A DNA stretch of 34,988 bases from Planctomycetota bacterium (GTDB taxonomy: Bacteria; Patescibacteriota; Patescibacteriia; Patescibacteriales; UBA12465): contig JALOQQ010000001.1 of NCBI GenBank assembly GCA_025453315.1, positions 1-34,988 of the forward strand, read 5' to 3'. The notes beneath the pieces were generated by a model. It was not told the origin of the DNA, did not search any database, and saw only the letters and a list, made by a program, of their open reading frames with translations. A program made the translations under genes and the position numbers. Below, one piece after another: positions 33,578 to 34,988 of this stretch. The first letter of the stretch is position 1. Each line of letters starts with the position of its first letter.

Positions 33578-33610
33578 CAAAAATCTCCCGTTAAGGGAGA
33601 TTTTTGTATT
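33578..33610 (+). terminator. Rho-independent terminator after the small basic ORF
   Basis: A 12-bp stem caaaaatctccc (33578-33589) / gggagatttttg (33595-33606) with loop gttaa. Confidence 0.7.
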
Positions 33611-33666
33611 AGCTGAATTATCTAATTTAACATTATTATTGTTTTAATTTTATAATTAGTTAGACT

Positions 33667-33694
33667 TTGTAAAATGTTCAAAATAGGGTACAAT
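33667..33694 (+). promoter_or_regulatory. Candidate promoter placed to give a nearly leaderless mRNA for the O-antigen-ligase-like gene
   Basis: The -35 TTGTAA (33667-33672) is followed by a 16-nt spacer, then the -10 TACAAT (33689-33694). The ATG lies at 33704 with no SD between. Confidence 0.35.
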
Positions 33695-33703
33695 AACTAT
33701 AAT

Positions 33704-34988
33704 ATGATTAAAAAAATAATTACGCCAATTTTAGGCTTTTTCCCTTTATTAATAGCAGTATTGTTGCCATTTTTTAGCGGTGGAGAGGATCCTTTAATTA
33801 AGTTATTTTCCATTCTATTAATTTCTTTTTCTTTGTTATTATTTACCTTATTTTCTGGTTTAAAGTGGTTAAGAGGTAATAGTTTCTTTTCGGCGAGGGT
33901 TATTTTAGGATTATTTTTATTATTTTCTTTTTTGAGTTCTATTTTTTCTCATAATGTATTTTTCAGTTTATTGTGCTGGCTAGAATTTTTGCTTGGTGCC
34001 TTAATATTTTTTACACTACAAAAACAAGAATTTTGGCAAAATAAAAAGTATTCTATTTTAGCTGTTATTGTTTCTTCATCTACACTTCTTAGCTTACTCG
34101 GTTTTTTTTATTATCTAGTTGGTAATTATACTAGGCTCACTTCTACTTTTTACTGGCCAAACCCCTTCGCTTCTTTCTTGCTTCTAATTTTGCCATTGAA
34201 CATTTATCTTTTGTGGCAAGGTAGATATAAATTAATTTGGTTATTATTTTTGATAATTAATGGTTCGGCTTTTGTCTTAACTGGTTCTCGTGGAGCTTGG
34301 CTGAGTTTGATTTTGGTATTAGTTGGTTTAGCTATAATCGCTTGGCGTCAAAAAGAGTTCTTTGTCCCGAAAAAAAATATTTTTAATATTTTAAAAATAT
34401 TTATATTAATAGTCATCCTAGCTTTTGTTTTGCAAGGATTAAAAGATAATAATTGGTCTTTTATCCAAAGGAATTATCAAGGTCCTTTAGATTCTTCATC
34501 AGTTATGAGACTGGATTATTGGCTCGGCGCTGGGAAAATATTTATTTCCAATCCATTTTTAGGTACTGGACTGGGTAGCTTTAAAACGGTTTATCAATAT
34601 TATCAAAGTAATCCATTAAGCTCTGGAAAGTATGCACACAATTGGTATTTAGAGTTATTGGCTGAAGGAGGTATATTAGTATTTTTAAGTTTTTTAGCTT
34701 TTATTTTATTGGTTCTCAGACCACAAAATAAAATGACCGAAAATCCCTTTTCCTGGTTTATTCTTATTTCTTTATCAAGTTATTTGCTTCATAACGGAGT
34801 AGATATTGGTTCTCATTATTTTGCTAATCAAATATTATTTTGGTTGTTATTAACTTGGTATATTAGTATTAATATAAAAATAGAAAAAAAAGAGAATAAT
34901 AATTTATTTATTCCGCGCTTTATTCCTGTTATTATTTTAGGTTTGACTACAATTTTTATTGTCTTAATTTGTTTTACAGCTTTAATTG
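33704..34988 (+). CDS. O-antigen ligase / Wzy_C family polytopic membrane protein (3' end outside window; absent from ORF track)
   Basis: My own translation is open from the ATG at 33704 to the window end. It contains YWPNPFASFLL, LTGSRGAWLSLILV, RLDYWLGAGKIFISNPFLGTGLGSFKTVY and KYAHNWYLELLAEGG, which are hallmarks of the O-antigen ligase/polymerase family. Confidence 0.8.
   Translation, partial: MIKKIITPILGFFPLLIAVLLPFFSGGEDPLIKLFSILLISFSLLLFTLFSGLKWLRGNSFFSARVILGLFLLFSFLSSIFSHNVFFSLLCWLEFLLGALIFFTLQKQEFWQNKKYSILAVIVSSSTLLSLLGFFYYLVGNYTRLTSTFYWPNPFASFLLLILPLNIYLLWQGRYKLIWLLFLIINGSAFVLTGSRGAWLSLILVLVGLAIIAWRQKEFFVPKKNIFNILKIFILIVILAFVLQGLKDNNWSFIQRNYQGPLDSSSVMRLDYWLGAGKIFISNPFLGTGLGSFKTVYQYYQSNPLSSGKYAHNWYLELLAEGGILVFLSFLAFILLVLRPQNKMTENPFSWFILISLSSYLLHNGVDIGSHYFANQILFWLLLTWYISINIKIEKKENNNLFIPRFIPVIILGLTTIFIVLICFTALI

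Noticed and set aside
1-34988. CRISPR arrays, rRNA genes, IS elements or transposase genes
   Set aside because: I found no regularly spaced 25-40-nt direct repeats, no rRNA-like conserved stretches and no transposase-like ORF or terminal inverted repeats. The only repeats seen are the 9-bp tandem at 31693-31728, the 35-nt repeat inside the small ORF and the paralogous gene cores.

Overview
This is an AT-rich, gene-dense bacterial chromosome segment that uses the standard genetic code (TGA serves as a stop in two ATGA gene overlaps). Gene content and style fit a Candidate Phyla Radiation / Patescibacteria-type genome; this is an inference that I cannot verify without a search. From left to right the window holds the following. 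(1) The 3' part of a tyrosine integrase abuts tRNA-Val and tRNA-Leu, followed by rplS and a small kinase. (2) Next come a short SMC with no recognisable hinge and comM/yifB. (3) An operon encodes a solute-binding lipoprotein, a VirB2/TrbC-like pilin paralog, a RodZ-like protein, a methyltransferase and a membrane protein, followed by yraN. (4) An envelope glycosylation cluster contains two GT-C-like membrane proteins, a UDP-galactopyranose-mutase-like flavoprotein and a Dpm1-like GT2. (5) Directly adjacent is a tandem array of six paralogous signal-peptide plus two-helix pilin-like genes with an invariant WMTAxGN loop. (6) Then come an orphan secreted protein, a two-HKD phospholipase D/cardiolipin synthase, a stand-alone PEP-synthase N-terminal domain and a UvrA lacking the UvrB-binding domain. 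(7) A polytopic membrane protein precedes a 1006-aa protein that is a covalent tandem fusion of two complete PilB/GspE-type secretion ATPases. (8) The window ends with a translin/TRAX-like protein, a metallophosphoesterase, an inositol monophosphatase, tyrS, glyQS, a 40-aa Lys/Ala/Pro histone-H1-like ORF missed by the ORF track, and a partial O-antigen-ligase-like gene running off the window. The best candidates for undescribed biology are the pilin array with its glycosylation neighbours and the double-ATPase fusion. No rRNA, CRISPR array or transposon was seen.
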